DNA of 64,000 nucleotides from an uncultured Acidobacteriota bacterium (lineage in GTDB: Bacteria; Acidobacteriota; Terriglobia; UBA7540), in assembly GCA_963804995.1 (NCBI GenBank), contig CAWDSK010000003.1:224001-288000 (forward strand), in the 5' to 3' direction. A program made the translations under genes and the position numbers. The notes beneath the pieces are model-generated. The model was given only the letters and a program-made list of their open reading frames with translations. It ran no database searches and had not been told where the DNA came from. This document shows, piece after piece, positions 50,175 to 59,870 of this stretch; position 1 is the stretch's first letter; each line of letters opens with the position of its first letter.

Positions 50175-51278
50175 ATGATGCGAAAAACTCTGGCATTTGT
50201 GATTTTAATCGCCGCGTCCCTGTGTCCGCTGGTGGCTGAGGACGCGCCGCTGCACTGGGTGACGCTCCCCCACCCGCCCATGCAAATCAACGGTCTCCCC
50301 TGGTACAGCGAAAACGGCGGCGACCTCTATCGCCTGCCTGCCAAGCTGAAAGACACCTATCGCGAGCCCGTCTGGAATCTGGCCAAAGACCCCAGCGGCG
50401 GCCGTATCCGTTTCCGCACCAACTCTTCCCTGCTGGCCATTCGGCTCGAGTATCCCAAGCCGCCCGATGGGACCAACATGCACGCCTTCGGGCAGACCGG
50501 AGTGGATCTGTACGCCGACGGCGTGTATCGCGGCACGGCCATCGACGACCGTGAGGCAAAGCCAGGCACGCCCATCGAGCACACCTATTTCAAAGACCAG
50601 CCACGCCTCGACCGCGAAATCATTCTCTACCTGCCGCTTTACATGCCCGTAAAGGTTCTGGGAATCGGGCTGGACGCGGAGGCTCACCTGGAAGCGCCCA
50701 AGCCCTTCGCGGCCAGCGACCCCGTGGTTTTCTATGGCACCTCAATCACCCAGGGAGGCTGCGCCAGCCGGCCCGGCATGAGCTATCAGGCCATTCTGGG
50801 CCGCCTGCTCAATTTGGATTTCGTCAATCTTGGCTTCTCGGGGAATGGCCGGGGTGAGCCGGAACTCGCGCACGCCATGGCCAGCATCAAGGCCTCCTGC
50901 TATGTCCTGGATCTGGCCCAGAACAATCCCACCGTCGAATCGCTCACCCAGGTGTACGCACCGTTCCTGGATGTCATCCGTAGCGCGCACCCGGACACGC
51001 CGATTCTGGTGATCACCCCGATTTATGCCGCGCACGAATCCTGGTCGCGCGATGCGCGGCTGGAGGGTATGCGGGAATTGATCCGTCAGGTGGCCGCCCA
51101 AAGGATCGCCGCCGGGGACCATCATCTTGAAATTGTTGAGGGCACGGACTTGCTCGGCCCATCGCGGGGTGATGGTCTGGTGGACGGCACCCATCCCAAC
51201 GACCTGGGATTCCAGTGGATGGCCGAAGGTCTGACGGGGCGCATTGCGAAGCTGCTCAGCCTCAAGCCGGAGCGTTGA
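50175..51278 (+). CDS. Secreted SGNH/GDSL hydrolase
   Basis: FYGTSITQG, NLGFSGNG, DGTHPNDLG. Confidence 0.9.
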   Translation: MMRKTLAFVILIAASLCPLVAEDAPLHWVTLPHPPMQINGLPWYSENGGDLYRLPAKLKDTYREPVWNLAKDPSGGRIRFRTNSSLLAIRLEYPKPPDGTNMHAFGQTGVDLYADGVYRGTAIDDREAKPGTPIEHTYFKDQPRLDREIILYLPLYMPVKVLGIGLDAEAHLEAPKPFAASDPVVFYGTSITQGGCASRPGMSYQAILGRLLNLDFVNLGFSGNGRGEPELAHAMASIKASCYVLDLAQNNPTVESLTQVYAPFLDVIRSAHPDTPILVITPIYAAHESWSRDARLEGMRELIRQVAAQRIAAGDHHLEIVEGTDLLGPSRGDGLVDGTHPNDLGFQWMAEGLTGRIAKLLSLKPER

Positions 51279-51374
51279 TCCGCAGGCGGGAAAAGAGCCG
51301 AAGGCAGAAGGCGGAAAGCAGAAGGCAGCGAGCGCTTTGTGCGAGTCCCGACAGAGTCGGGAACCTCAGGAGGC

Positions 51375-51412
51375 GTAGCGCGGACCTCCGCCGTTGAGGT
51401 CCGCGGCTCTTC
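51375..51412. repeat. Single array-family REP
   Basis: GTAGCGCGGACCTCCGCCGTTGAGGTCCGCGGCTCTTC. Confidence 0.8.
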
Positions 51413-52646
51413 TTTCCAAATCCCAGTGAAGAACCCACGGCCACAAAAACGCTGACGGTGGCTGGGTGTGCGACAAATCTGTGTGGGTCAGGCCGCGCGG
51501 GGGCGACGGTTCTCCCAGTAATCCTCGAATTTGCCGCTCAAGCGATGGCAGCGAAGGGCGATGATGGCATTGGCCCCGCGGACCCTCCAGAACATACCGG
51601 AGCGCTTCAGCCGAGTGCCGATGAGGGTTTTGCAGCCGGCTTCGACGACCCCGGAACCTACGAACAGATGCTGACGCCGAAAGGTCGGATAGCGCATCCG
51701 TTGGGCGTTGACGGTAAAATAATCTGCCGCGTGGCGCAAGAGTTCGGCGGCTTCGGGCGTGGCTGGGAACAGCGAGCGCAAATCGCGCACTAGGGATTCG
51801 ATCCGCCCGCTCTCCAACTTCTCCTCCCGTTTTCTGGTCCACCTTCGGCGGTGGCGCTCGTCGGTGGGCCAGAGCTGGCCCGACAGCTCCCATAAGTGCT
51901 GTCGGGCATGATAAAGATCCACAATCTGAATGGCTCCCGGAAAGTGCTCGGCGGTGAGGTTCCAAATCCAAGGAGCACCATCGCCGATCACCACTTTCTT
52001 TTGGGCCCGGTTCCAGCCCCGACGATATGCTTCGAGGTAGATGCGTCGCCCAAAAACCTCGGCCGTTTCGATGCCTCCCGTGTAGGTGGTGGAGCCTTCT
52101 TCGCGCGCCGGTCGGCCCCGGGCATCCCGTGTCGTCTGGGCGAAGACACAACCTAATTTCACTTCCCGCGTGCGCGCTTGCTCGCTCTGTTTCCCCGCTC
52201 GACCCTCGGTTTCCGAACTCACCACCGGTACTCCCGTCCCATCCATCTCCACATAGAGTACCGGAATTTCCGGTCCCCTCACCTGCGGCAAGTTCCGTTG
52301 CAGGCCTTGCTGGATCGAGGCTTGTTCCTGGGCAGCAATCTCGGCGCCCAGAGCCTCTGCCTGCCGTTCCACGGCCTTGGTGGTCACCTCCAACCCGGCC
52401 AGCAGTTGCAGTTGTTCTCGACCGAGCGCAAAGGAGGTTTCGCTGCCCACCACCGCCATCATCCGTCGCACCCCAGGAGAATATTCCGTGCCCTCCACAT
52501 CCAGTTCCTGATCGCGGGGACTCTGTCCCCGGTCTGGACTTTGGCCTTTAACTAGATAAAGGCTGTCGGAAAGTATTTACTTGCAGAAAAGCCAGTCTTC
52601 TGATATCTAGTTATATGACTAGATATTCCTCAAGGAGGCTTTTCTC

Positions 52647-52934
52647 ATGGGGTTCCCTACCAAAGTACAGCTTATCAAACGCCAGGCGAGCGAGCAGTGG
52701 TACATCAACTTTCCTTCCGCCCTCGCCCAAGCCATGGAGTTTGCGCGCGGCGAATCGGTCGAATGGTTCGTCGAAAACAAAGGTCTGCTGGCCCTGCGAC
52801 GAGCCTCGCCGCCGCCTTCCGTGCTAAAAAAAACTCTACCGGCGTCCTCGCCGAACTCGAACAACTCTGGAGCCAATGTTTCCCGGGCTTCCGCCAGCGC
52901 CGCGTTGCCGCGCACGCCCAAGCCCTCGCGCTGA
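52647..52934 (+). CDS. IS ORF A, AbrB/MazE-like small protein
   Basis: AAGGAGG RBS; QWYINFPSALAQAMEFARGESVEW resembles the swapped-hairpin pattern; A8 run at 52826-52833. Confidence 0.65.
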   Translation: MGFPTKVQLIKRQASEQWYINFPSALAQAMEFARGESVEWFVENKGLLALRRASPPPSVLKKTLPASSPNSNNSGANVSRASASAALPRTPKPSR

Positions 52935-54274
52935 GCACCTTGCTTTGTCTGGGACGCCATACCGTGACCGGTCTGCTCACCACTTGCGGCCTGCAGTTCC
53001 GTGACTGGACCTCCAGTTACCGGCTCTTCTCCCAGCACCGTCTGCGGGTTGAGGCGCTCTTCTCCGTGGTGCGCCGCGCGGTGGTGAGCGAACTCGCACC
53101 CGGCGCTCCCGTCTGCGCCCTCCTCGATGACTCGCTGTTGCGTCGTTCCGGTCGGCGCACTCCCGGGGTGGCTTGGCGCCGCGACCCGCTGGGCCCGCGC
53201 TTTCAAACCAACTTCGTGCGCGCCCAGCGTTTTCTTCAAACCTCCCTCGCGCTCCCCACTCCCGACGGCTCCTGCCGCTTGCTCCCCATTGCTTTCCGCC
53301 ATGCCCCCACGCCCCGCAAGCCTTCCCGGCAGGCCCCCGCCGCCGAGCAGCAGCAGTACCGCACCCAAGCGCGCGCTGCCCGCCTCGGTCAACGCGCCAG
53401 CGAACAGATCCACGATCTGCGTGCGGCCCTTGACTCCGATCCCGCCTCCGCTTCGCGCCTTCTCCTCGTCGCCTTCGATGGCGGATACACCAACCGCACC
53501 GTCCTCAAACGCCTTCCTCCCCATACCACCGCCATCGGCCGGCTCCGCAAAGATGCTCAGTTGCTGTTCCGGCCCGATCCCCAAACCCAAAAGGCGCGCG
53601 GTCGCCGTCTCTGCTACGGGCCTCCCGCTCCCACTCCCGAGCAGGTCCGCACCGACGATGCTCCCTGGCAGACCTTGACCTTTACCCATCACGGCATTCC
53701 CCATCAACTCCGCTTCAAGCGCCGCACCGGCCTCCTGTGGCGTGCCGCCGGCGCCCACCAATTCCTGCAACTTGTCGTCATCGCGCCGCTCGCCTATCGT
53801 CTGCGCCAAGGTTCCAAGCTGCTCTATCGCCAACCCGCCTTCCTCCTCTGCACCGACGAAAACCTCGACCCCCAACTCCTCATCACAACTTACTTCCAAC
53901 GCTGGGACATTGAAGTTAATTTCCGCGATGAAAAAACTCTGCTGGGAGTGGGCCAAGCCCAGGTCCGCTCCCCCCATTCGGTCCAGTCTGCCCCCGCCTT
54001 CACCGTGGCCGCCTATGCCCTCTTGCTCCTCGCTACCCATCGCGCCTTCGCCCGTACCCGCCACGGCCTGCTGCCGCGCCCCAAGTGGATCCACGCTGCC
54101 CCCACTGCCCGCATCTCCACCCAACACGCCATCCATCAACTGCGCGCCGAGGTCTGGGGCCGGGGACTGGGTCTCGATCATTTCTCCGGCTTCGCGCCTC
54201 CCCAACCCTCTACAACGAAGCCCCAGAATTGTACCTTCCCCCTCGCCTCCGCCCTCTGCTACGCCAATGCTTGA
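52826..54274 (+). CDS. IS ORF B, DDE transposase in the -1 frame relative to ORF A
   Basis: LDDS, FDGGY, YFQRWDIEVNFRDEK signature; no obvious start of its own. Confidence 0.85.
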   Translation, partial: KKNSTGVLAELEQLWSQCFPGFRQRRVAAHAQALALSTLLCLGRHTVTGLLTTCGLQFRDWTSSYRLFSQHRLRVEALFSVVRRAVVSELAPGAPVCALLDDSLLRRSGRRTPGVAWRRDPLGPRFQTNFVRAQRFLQTSLALPTPDGSCRLLPIAFRHAPTPRKPSRQAPAAEQQQYRTQARAARLGQRASEQIHDLRAALDSDPASASRLLLVAFDGGYTNRTVLKRLPPHTTAIGRLRKDAQLLFRPDPQTQKARGRRLCYGPPAPTPEQVRTDDAPWQTLTFTHHGIPHQLRFKRRTGLLWRAAGAHQFLQLVVIAPLAYRLRQGSKLLYRQPAFLLCTDENLDPQLLITTYFQRWDIEVNFRDEKTLLGVGQAQVRSPHSVQSAPAFTVAAYALLLLATHRAFARTRHGLLPRPKWIHAAPTARISTQHAIHQLRAEVWGRGLGLDHFSGFAPPQPSTTKPQNCTFPLASALCYANA

Positions 54275-54584
54275 ACTGCAAAAGGCCAAAGGCCAGCGCG
54301 GGGACTCTGTCCCCGGTGACAGGCCGGACAAACGTAATAGGGACGCTCGGTCTCAACCCGCCCCAGCACGGTCAGCAGTTGCTTCCGACGCCTGCCGCGG
54401 TAGGGTGCCCCCTGACCACAGCCGCAGGGAACTTGGCGAGGGCACTCGTCCGGGGCGGCCAGCAACTCCTCCAGCACCGCCGCCCCCGCCCGGTGCAAGG
54501 CCGCGCGTGTGGCCATCTCGACGGCTTCCAAATCCAGCGTCCCGGACTTGCGCCGCCCAGCAAAGATCACCGCCAGCAGGGACT

Positions 54585-54989
54585 CTACTTCTCGCGCCAC
54601 TTCCCGCTGAATGGCTTCCGCCGTTTTTTTTCCTGCTCCGCCGCTTCGGCCTCCTGGGGGAGGGGGCGCTGACGGCAGATTTTTTCGTTCACCTCCACGA
54701 AGGCCCGGCGCAGTTGTTGAAACCTGCGGAACTCGGCAATCTGTCGTTCCGCCTGGTGCCGGGCGGCAGGGCTGGGGAAGGTTTCGCTGACGGTCCGGCC
54801 CTGCACCTTGTAAGTGAGCCGGAAGTTAGGGCCGTGGCCGGGATGATGGGGCTGATGACAGTGACAGTTGGACTTGCCGCAGCGGGCGGTAATGCTGGTG
54901 ATCGAACCACTGCGGAGGTCACCCAGTTGGGCGATCTGGCGGATCAACTCCGCCCGTTGGTTCTCCAGGACGTTAAGGGATTGGGGCAT
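54585..54989 (-). CDS. IS ORF A, DUF6788-like (CGK.NC.C...HGP)
   Basis: GGAGG RBS; RSGSI...RCGKSNCHC...GHGP; ends across the A8 run (54624-54631) overlapping the transposase frame. Confidence 0.8.
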   Translation of the reverse strand: MPQSLNVLENQRAELIRQIAQLGDLRSGSITSITARCGKSNCHCHQPHHPGHGPNFRLTYKVQGRTVSETFPSPAARHQAERQIAEFRRFQQLRRAFVEVNEKICRQRPLPQEAEAAEQEKKRRKPFSGKWREK

Positions 54990-55100
54990 GTTAAGGCCTC
55001 CTCTATCCTAACGTATCATATACGTTAGGATATAAGCGACAAAAAAAGAGCCAGCCCAGAGCGTTACATTTATGTCGCGCACCCACGGTGGCTCCTCCGC

Positions 55101-55130
55101 TTGACATAATCTCACAATCAGCTAATCTGA
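55101..55130 (+). promoter_or_regulatory. Probable promoter/operator of the TA operon
   Basis: TTGACA, 16 bp, TAATCT; overlaid by 8-bp-period repeats TAATCTCA/CAATCAGC/TAATCTGA. Confidence 0.55.
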
Positions 55131-55134
55131 TGGC

Positions 55135-55428
55135 ATGGCAGCGAAAACAAGCGCGCGTGAGGAGCGGATCGGGCGGGTAGGGCAGCGGCGCCAGGTGATC
55201 ATCCCGCGCGAGATTCTCGATCGCCTCAATCTTCGGGAAGGGGATTTCGTAGCATTCAGCCCACGGGCCAACGGAGTCCTCGTCAAACCCAAGCGCTTGA
55301 TTGACCCCGAGGACATGCTCACGCCTGCCGAGGCCAAGCAAGTTCGCCAGGGGATGGAGCAGATAAAAGCCGGCCGCTTCAAGTTATGGCGGGACGTGAA
55401 GCATGCCCTGGACCATTCGGGTCGCTGA
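55135..55428 (+). CDS. AbrB/MazE/SpoVT family antitoxin
   Basis: VGQRRQVIIPREI...LNLREGD.V.F; overlaps the toxin gene. Confidence 0.85.
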   Translation: MAAKTSAREERIGRVGQRRQVIIPREILDRLNLREGDFVAFSPRANGVLVKPKRLIDPEDMLTPAEAKQVRQGMEQIKAGRFKLWRDVKHALDHSGR

Positions 55429-55669
55429 CGGCGCCCAATTATTCATTGAAAACCTCCCCGAAAAGGCCCGTCGCCAAGTTTCGCGCAGCCTCAGCCAATT
55501 GGAGGAAGACCCGTTTCGTGGCGACGTGCGACCTCTCAAGGGCAAAGAATGGCAAGGCTATTATCGTAAGCGTGCCGGCGATTACCGAATCATATTTTTC
55601 CTGCACCACGAGCAGCGACTGATTGATGTGGCATGGGTGCTGAGGCGGTCGGAAAAGACCTACCGTTGA
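55403..55669 (+). CDS. RelE/ParE family toxin
   Basis: L..DPF.GDV.PLKG...YRKRAGDYRIIF...R.EKTY. Confidence 0.88.
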   Translation: MPWTIRVADGAQLFIENLPEKARRQVSRSLSQLEEDPFRGDVRPLKGKEWQGYYRKRAGDYRIIFFLHHEQRLIDVAWVLRRSEKTYR

Positions 55670-55740
55670 CCCAACGCACTCAGGCGCGAGTGGGGCGTCC
55701 ACATCCTGGCCAGCCTGAATCCCATCATGGAAGAGGAACG

Positions 55741-56934
55741 ATGTGTTGTCTTCGAAGTGTCTGGCTCCTTTGTCTACTCCTCCCCTACAAATCAATTCCG
55801 GCCTACACCAAGGTTCCACCGGAGCATGCTTCTCCTGCGACAGCTTTGCGAAGGATCAAATGGTTGCAAGCCCCTGCCGGTTTTGACGGCGACCTCCTTG
55901 CGCTCCGCGGCAAGGTGGTTGTGCTTGAGTTCTGGGCAACGTGGTGCAGTCCGTGCGTCAGCGCCATTCCCCACCTGAATCAACTGGCTAATGATTTTCA
56001 TGATGTCATGTTCCTCGCCGTGACCATGGATGACGAGGATCGTCTCAAGCAGTTCTTACACGACCATCCCGTGAATGCAGCAATCGGAATCGATCCGGAA
56101 AGGAAGACGTGGGAGGCATTTGAGGTACCGTCGATACCACACACGATTGTCATCGACAAAGACGGCAGTGTCATTGGCGCCACACTTCCGGAGAATCTTA
56201 CTCCTGACCTGCTCAGGGAGGCGCTTGCAGGCAAGAAGCCAACACTGCCTCCCAAAGAGACCGTCGAATCGGATATGGAGTGGGATGACCATCTTATTGA
56301 TTGGCAAGATGGCGTGCGCCCGACCACCTACGCGATCATTAAACCAATCAAAACGGCGACCGGGGTAACCTGGCCAAGGCCAGCTCACTTCACCGCCGAC
56401 GGAGTAGCCCTCGAGGTTTTGGTGCAGGCCGCCTATGAAACCGATAACTTGCATTTGGATTGGCGCATGCCCGAGGATCACCAGACCTACCGTGTTGCCA
56501 TACGGGTTCCGAAGGATCGGGAATCAACTCTGCTGCCCTACATGCGTCAGACCCTGAGTACGGTATTCGGCATTCAAGCCCGCTGGGAAAACCAGGAGCG
56601 CGAAGTATACGTTCTGCGACGAACTGCAGGTAGCACCGGACCTTCCGAATCCAGGTCAGAACACGATATGGCCCAAGCGCTGAGGGGCAAGATCACGCTG
56701 CGGCATCAATCCGTAAGACGCCTGTGTTATTTCCTCACGAACCACTCGCTTAACTTGGTTGTGGTAGATGAGACAGGTATGAATGGATACTTTGATTTCG
56801 ATGTGCCCTACCAACCCGGCCAACCTGAAGTCGCGCTTCAAGCGTTGAAGGAGCTAGGGTTTGACGCTATCAAAGCGCGCCGAAGCATCCCGATCCTCGT
56901 GGTCAGCCCCGACATTGTGATCAAGCAGCAGTAG
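55741..56934 (+). CDS. TlpA-like redoxin fused to a TIGR03435-like domain
   Basis: VVLEFWATWCSPC; C-terminal REVYVL, VVDETG..G.FDF. Confidence 0.78.
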   Translation: MCCLRSVWLLCLLLPYKSIPAYTKVPPEHASPATALRRIKWLQAPAGFDGDLLALRGKVVVLEFWATWCSPCVSAIPHLNQLANDFHDVMFLAVTMDDEDRLKQFLHDHPVNAAIGIDPERKTWEAFEVPSIPHTIVIDKDGSVIGATLPENLTPDLLREALAGKKPTLPPKETVESDMEWDDHLIDWQDGVRPTTYAIIKPIKTATGVTWPRPAHFTADGVALEVLVQAAYETDNLHLDWRMPEDHQTYRVAIRVPKDRESTLLPYMRQTLSTVFGIQARWENQEREVYVLRRTAGSTGPSESRSEHDMAQALRGKITLRHQSVRRLCYFLTNHSLNLVVVDETGMNGYFDFDVPYQPGQPEVALQALKELGFDAIKARRSIPILVVSPDIVIKQQ

Positions 56935-56983
56935 CATGCCGGAAACAGAAGCGGCCGCCTTCTGCCTCACCTGCAATCGGAAA

Positions 56984-57836
56984 TCAATATGTAGCATGCC
57001 AATCATACCAAAATGCATAAAGCTCTGGTTTTCGAGAAAGAATTGGGCGCCTTTCCCGCAAATAAGTGGACCTGGCTTGGGCGTACGTCATCCAACCGCC
57101 GGGAATATCATCTCCCCAGGGGCCGCTGGAACCGGGAGAAAACACGAATCCTGAGGTCGCGGCAATCCGTCCCGAATCTGTAAAGCGCTCAGCGATTCCG
57201 GATAGACCTCTGACCCGAAGCCGGCCTCGGGCGGCGCTGGTGACCAGGCGCAGCCAGAAACGTGTGGCAGCATGGGACCTTATCGAAGCCCACCCCTCCT
57301 GGTTCACCAGCTTGAAACGCCGATAACCAACATCCCGCAACAACTCCAGCATCGCCAAAGCCTCTTGGTCAGAGAGAACGGCCGAGTCGCCGACACATTC
57401 CGACTCCACGGAAATATACCTGGGAAGACGGGTCGCGCGGAGGGCCTCGATACAAAGTTGGTCATTTCCCTCGATATCGATCTTCAGATAATGGGGTACG
57501 CCATACTCTTCGAAGAATTTGAGAGAACGGGACAGTCGACACCGAAATCGGTCGATGTGCGGTGCCCTCTCGCGATGCAATGGCCCTGTCAAAGGAACTC
57601 CAATCAGCGTGATCGGAAATCCAAAAGGTCGCGGTGCCCGGCGTTTTCGATATGCCGACATTCAACAGGGTCAGCCGCTTCGCCTGGATCTCTTTGGCGA
57701 AACGCAATTTTGCCCTCTCCACCATCACCGGATTCGCGTCAATCGCGACCACGTTGTAGCCGCGAAAAAGGTAGTACGCCGTATCTTCGCCATCGAACAG
57801 GCCGACGTCATAGATCAAATCAGAATCTGTTCCCAT
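56984..57836 (-). CDS. FkbM family methyltransferase, frameshift at ~57512
   Basis: IYDVG...GEDT.YYL..G..VVAIDANP in one ORF; YGVPHYLKIDIEG in the other. Confidence 0.82.
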
Positions 57837-58292
57837 GGGTCCTCAAGAATAACAGAACCTGATGCGAAACGCTGGGAAGGCGGCTTCCCCCTGCCCGGAC
57901 AAGGCAAAGCCTGCCTCCTTATGCCGGCGCAGACCACGACTAAGACGCGTGAAATCAATTCCTTCACAGCTTCGGGGAGGTGGGCAGCCAAACCCCAGCC
58001 TGACGCATTTCACCACTGCGGTTATCGGAGGGTTGCATTGGAAAATGAGGTCCACAATCGACGCGGAATTGTGGGGTTTTCAAATGACCCGATGGCTCGA
58101 TGGCCAAATGGCCCGATTCCTTGTTCACCCGATCTCCGGATCCTCCGATCTCCCGATTCTCTGAACCCGCCGTGACACACTCCCCCGTTTCGGTTATCGG
58201 TGGGTTGACATGAAAACTTGAGACTTCAAATCGGCCGGGACTCGCACCAAGCGCTCGCTGCCTACTACCGTAACTAGAGATTGCTCTCACCG

Positions 58293-59870
58293 CTAGCGCA
58301 AGTCTGACAATATGGAAAGGGGGAAACGACACCGGAGGGTACGTCTTTCGTCAGAATCACATCCTGCCGCCGGGGAATCCGCCAAAGCAGCGCCCGCCCC
58401 GGTTCGAGGCCCCGCCTCGATCTGGGCAATGGGTTGTTGCTGCGCATCAGACCGTTTGCTTTTAACCCAAGTGTAGGCCGGGTGAAAACCTAGGCGCACC
58501 ACTTCCCCAGTCCGCCAGATCAGGTTGTCGCGCAGGATGTGATTTCGAGCGGTAAGGATCACTCGGCGCAAGGCTCGCACGCCGACACCCGGCCCGAGCT
58601 GGTTATCCGGGGCGGAAAAATCATAGCGGGGAGTTGCGCAGGAGTTTAAAGAAATCACCGCAACTTCTTTATCCAACGTCATACCTTTTCTCGACTCAGG
58701 CGCGGCAGAGTTTGAGGCCTGGGGCCGGTGTATATAGGTGACGGAACCCACGCACCCCGTAAAGAAAAGATCGTTGACCACGAAATCCCGCTCCAGGTCC
58801 ACATCACGTTCCACGCGGTGCGTGAAACCAAAAGGTTGAACGGAAAAGCTCGTGCTGACATCCCGGGTTGCAGCCGAGACCCAAACCGTCTGGCCCTGCC
58901 ACGTCTCGGGGCTCTTCCAAAGCCGCAGGTGGTCGCGCTTTTGAAATGTGTCCAGGGTCTTTTGGAAACTGAAATCGGGCTCGGCATTATCGACGAGCAG
59001 GATTCGCATGGGCGCGTTGGCGAAAGCCTGGCCTGCCACAATGGCACGCACAGCACCGACACCCGAGACCAAGGAAAGCGGCTTTGCCCCCGTCCACCCT
59101 GCTGCCGCAAAGGTCCGCTGTATACCTTCACTCGAACCGACAAAGGCCAGAGTGATAGGGTCCATGGGCATCCGCTCGCGCCGGGAATATGACCATTCGG
59201 GCATCCCACCCACCAAAGCTCCCAACCCAGTTTCGTCCTCCGATCCTGGCGGGGGGTTCGAAGTTTGAGCCTGCGCAGAAGCGGGCAGCGCTATCGGCTG
59301 TTCCAGCTTGATTCCCAGTTCAGTTCCCGTCGCAAAATTGATCTCCGGATCCGGGAAATCGAACAAAATTGTCTCCGCGGCAAAGATAGGAATCCATAAA
59401 TCCGGGTCAGCCCAAGCGGCAAATGCCAGGCGTGACCCCAGCCGATTGGAGAGGCTATACGTGGCGCGGATTCCGTGGATTTTGCCGTTGCGGTCCACGT
59501 TCTCACGGGCGTTTTCCACGCTGATGACACGCGACTTGATGGCGTATCGGACGCCGCCGGGTAACGCTAACTCACTGAACTCGAGTTGAAGCTCGGCCTT
59601 CTCGTGGACCAGACCCAGCCCCACCTTCCGAATCCCCTTGATGCTGCCGTAGACAGTCGTTCCCTCGGGAAGCGCACTTGGATGGCGGGGATTTACACTC
59701 GGGACCACCAGCGCCTGAACTTTATCACCCGGCTTCGAACGGTAAGTCGAAACGGCCGTCAGCAGACGCAGGGTAAGGACTGTCTCGGCTGGAACTTCGG
59801 CCCAACCGGGGGTGCTCAGTATTATCCCCCCTAGCATGGCCCACAAGGATAGTATCCGCAAATTCGTCAT
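58293..59870 (-). CDS. Secreted protein with an LssY C-terminal-like domain
   Basis: Signal peptide; DP..LAFVGS..F..AGW, RDHLRLW, W..AAT.D, TH.....VD.ERD. Confidence 0.72.
   Translation of the reverse strand: MTNLRILSLWAMLGGIILSTPGWAEVPAETVLTLRLLTAVSTYRSKPGDKVQALVVPSVNPRHPSALPEGTTVYGSIKGIRKVGLGLVHEKAELQLEFSELALPGGVRYAIKSRVISVENARENVDRNGKIHGIRATYSLSNRLGSRLAFAAWADPDLWIPIFAAETILFDFPDPEINFATGTELGIKLEQPIALPASAQAQTSNPPPGSEDETGLGALVGGMPEWSYSRRERMPMDPITLAFVGSSEGIQRTFAAAGWTGAKPLSLVSGVGAVRAIVAGQAFANAPMRILLVDNAEPDFSFQKTLDTFQKRDHLRLWKSPETWQGQTVWVSAATRDVSTSFSVQPFGFTHRVERDVDLERDFVVNDLFFTGCVGSVTYIHRPQASNSAAPESRKGMTLDKEVAVISLNSCATPRYDFSAPDNQLGPGVGVRALRRVILTARNHILRDNLIWRTGEVVRLGFHPAYTWVKSKRSDAQQQPIAQIEAGPRTGAGAALADSPAAGCDSDERRTLRCRFPLSILSDLR

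Larger units (their letters stand above)
52534..54296 (+). mobile_element. Insertion sequence (1763 bp) with an IS701/IS4-like DDE transposase
   Basis: 16-bp TIR CTGGACTTTGGCCTTT / AAAGGCCAAAGGCCAG; 21-bp flanking direct repeats at 52513-52533 and 54297-54317. Confidence 0.92.
51488..54631 (-). pseudogene. ISKra4-like transposase split by the nested IS
   Basis: Removing 52534-54317 restores YYVCPACHRGQSPR|DQELDVEGT. Motifs MDGTGVP, IGDGAPWIW, DLYHA and GSGVVEAGCK. Confidence 0.88.
51464..55084 (-). mobile_element. ISKra4-family-like insertion sequence, interrupted by a second IS
   Basis: TIRs GGGTGTGCGACAAATCTGT / ACATTTATGTCGCGCACCC; 9-bp target duplication ACGGTGGCT at 51455-51463 and 55085-55093. 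Confidence 0.9.

Noticed and set aside
51301..51328. Heptamer run AAGGCAG x4 (imperfect)
   Set aside because: Short low-complexity intergenic repeat with no associated gene or structure.
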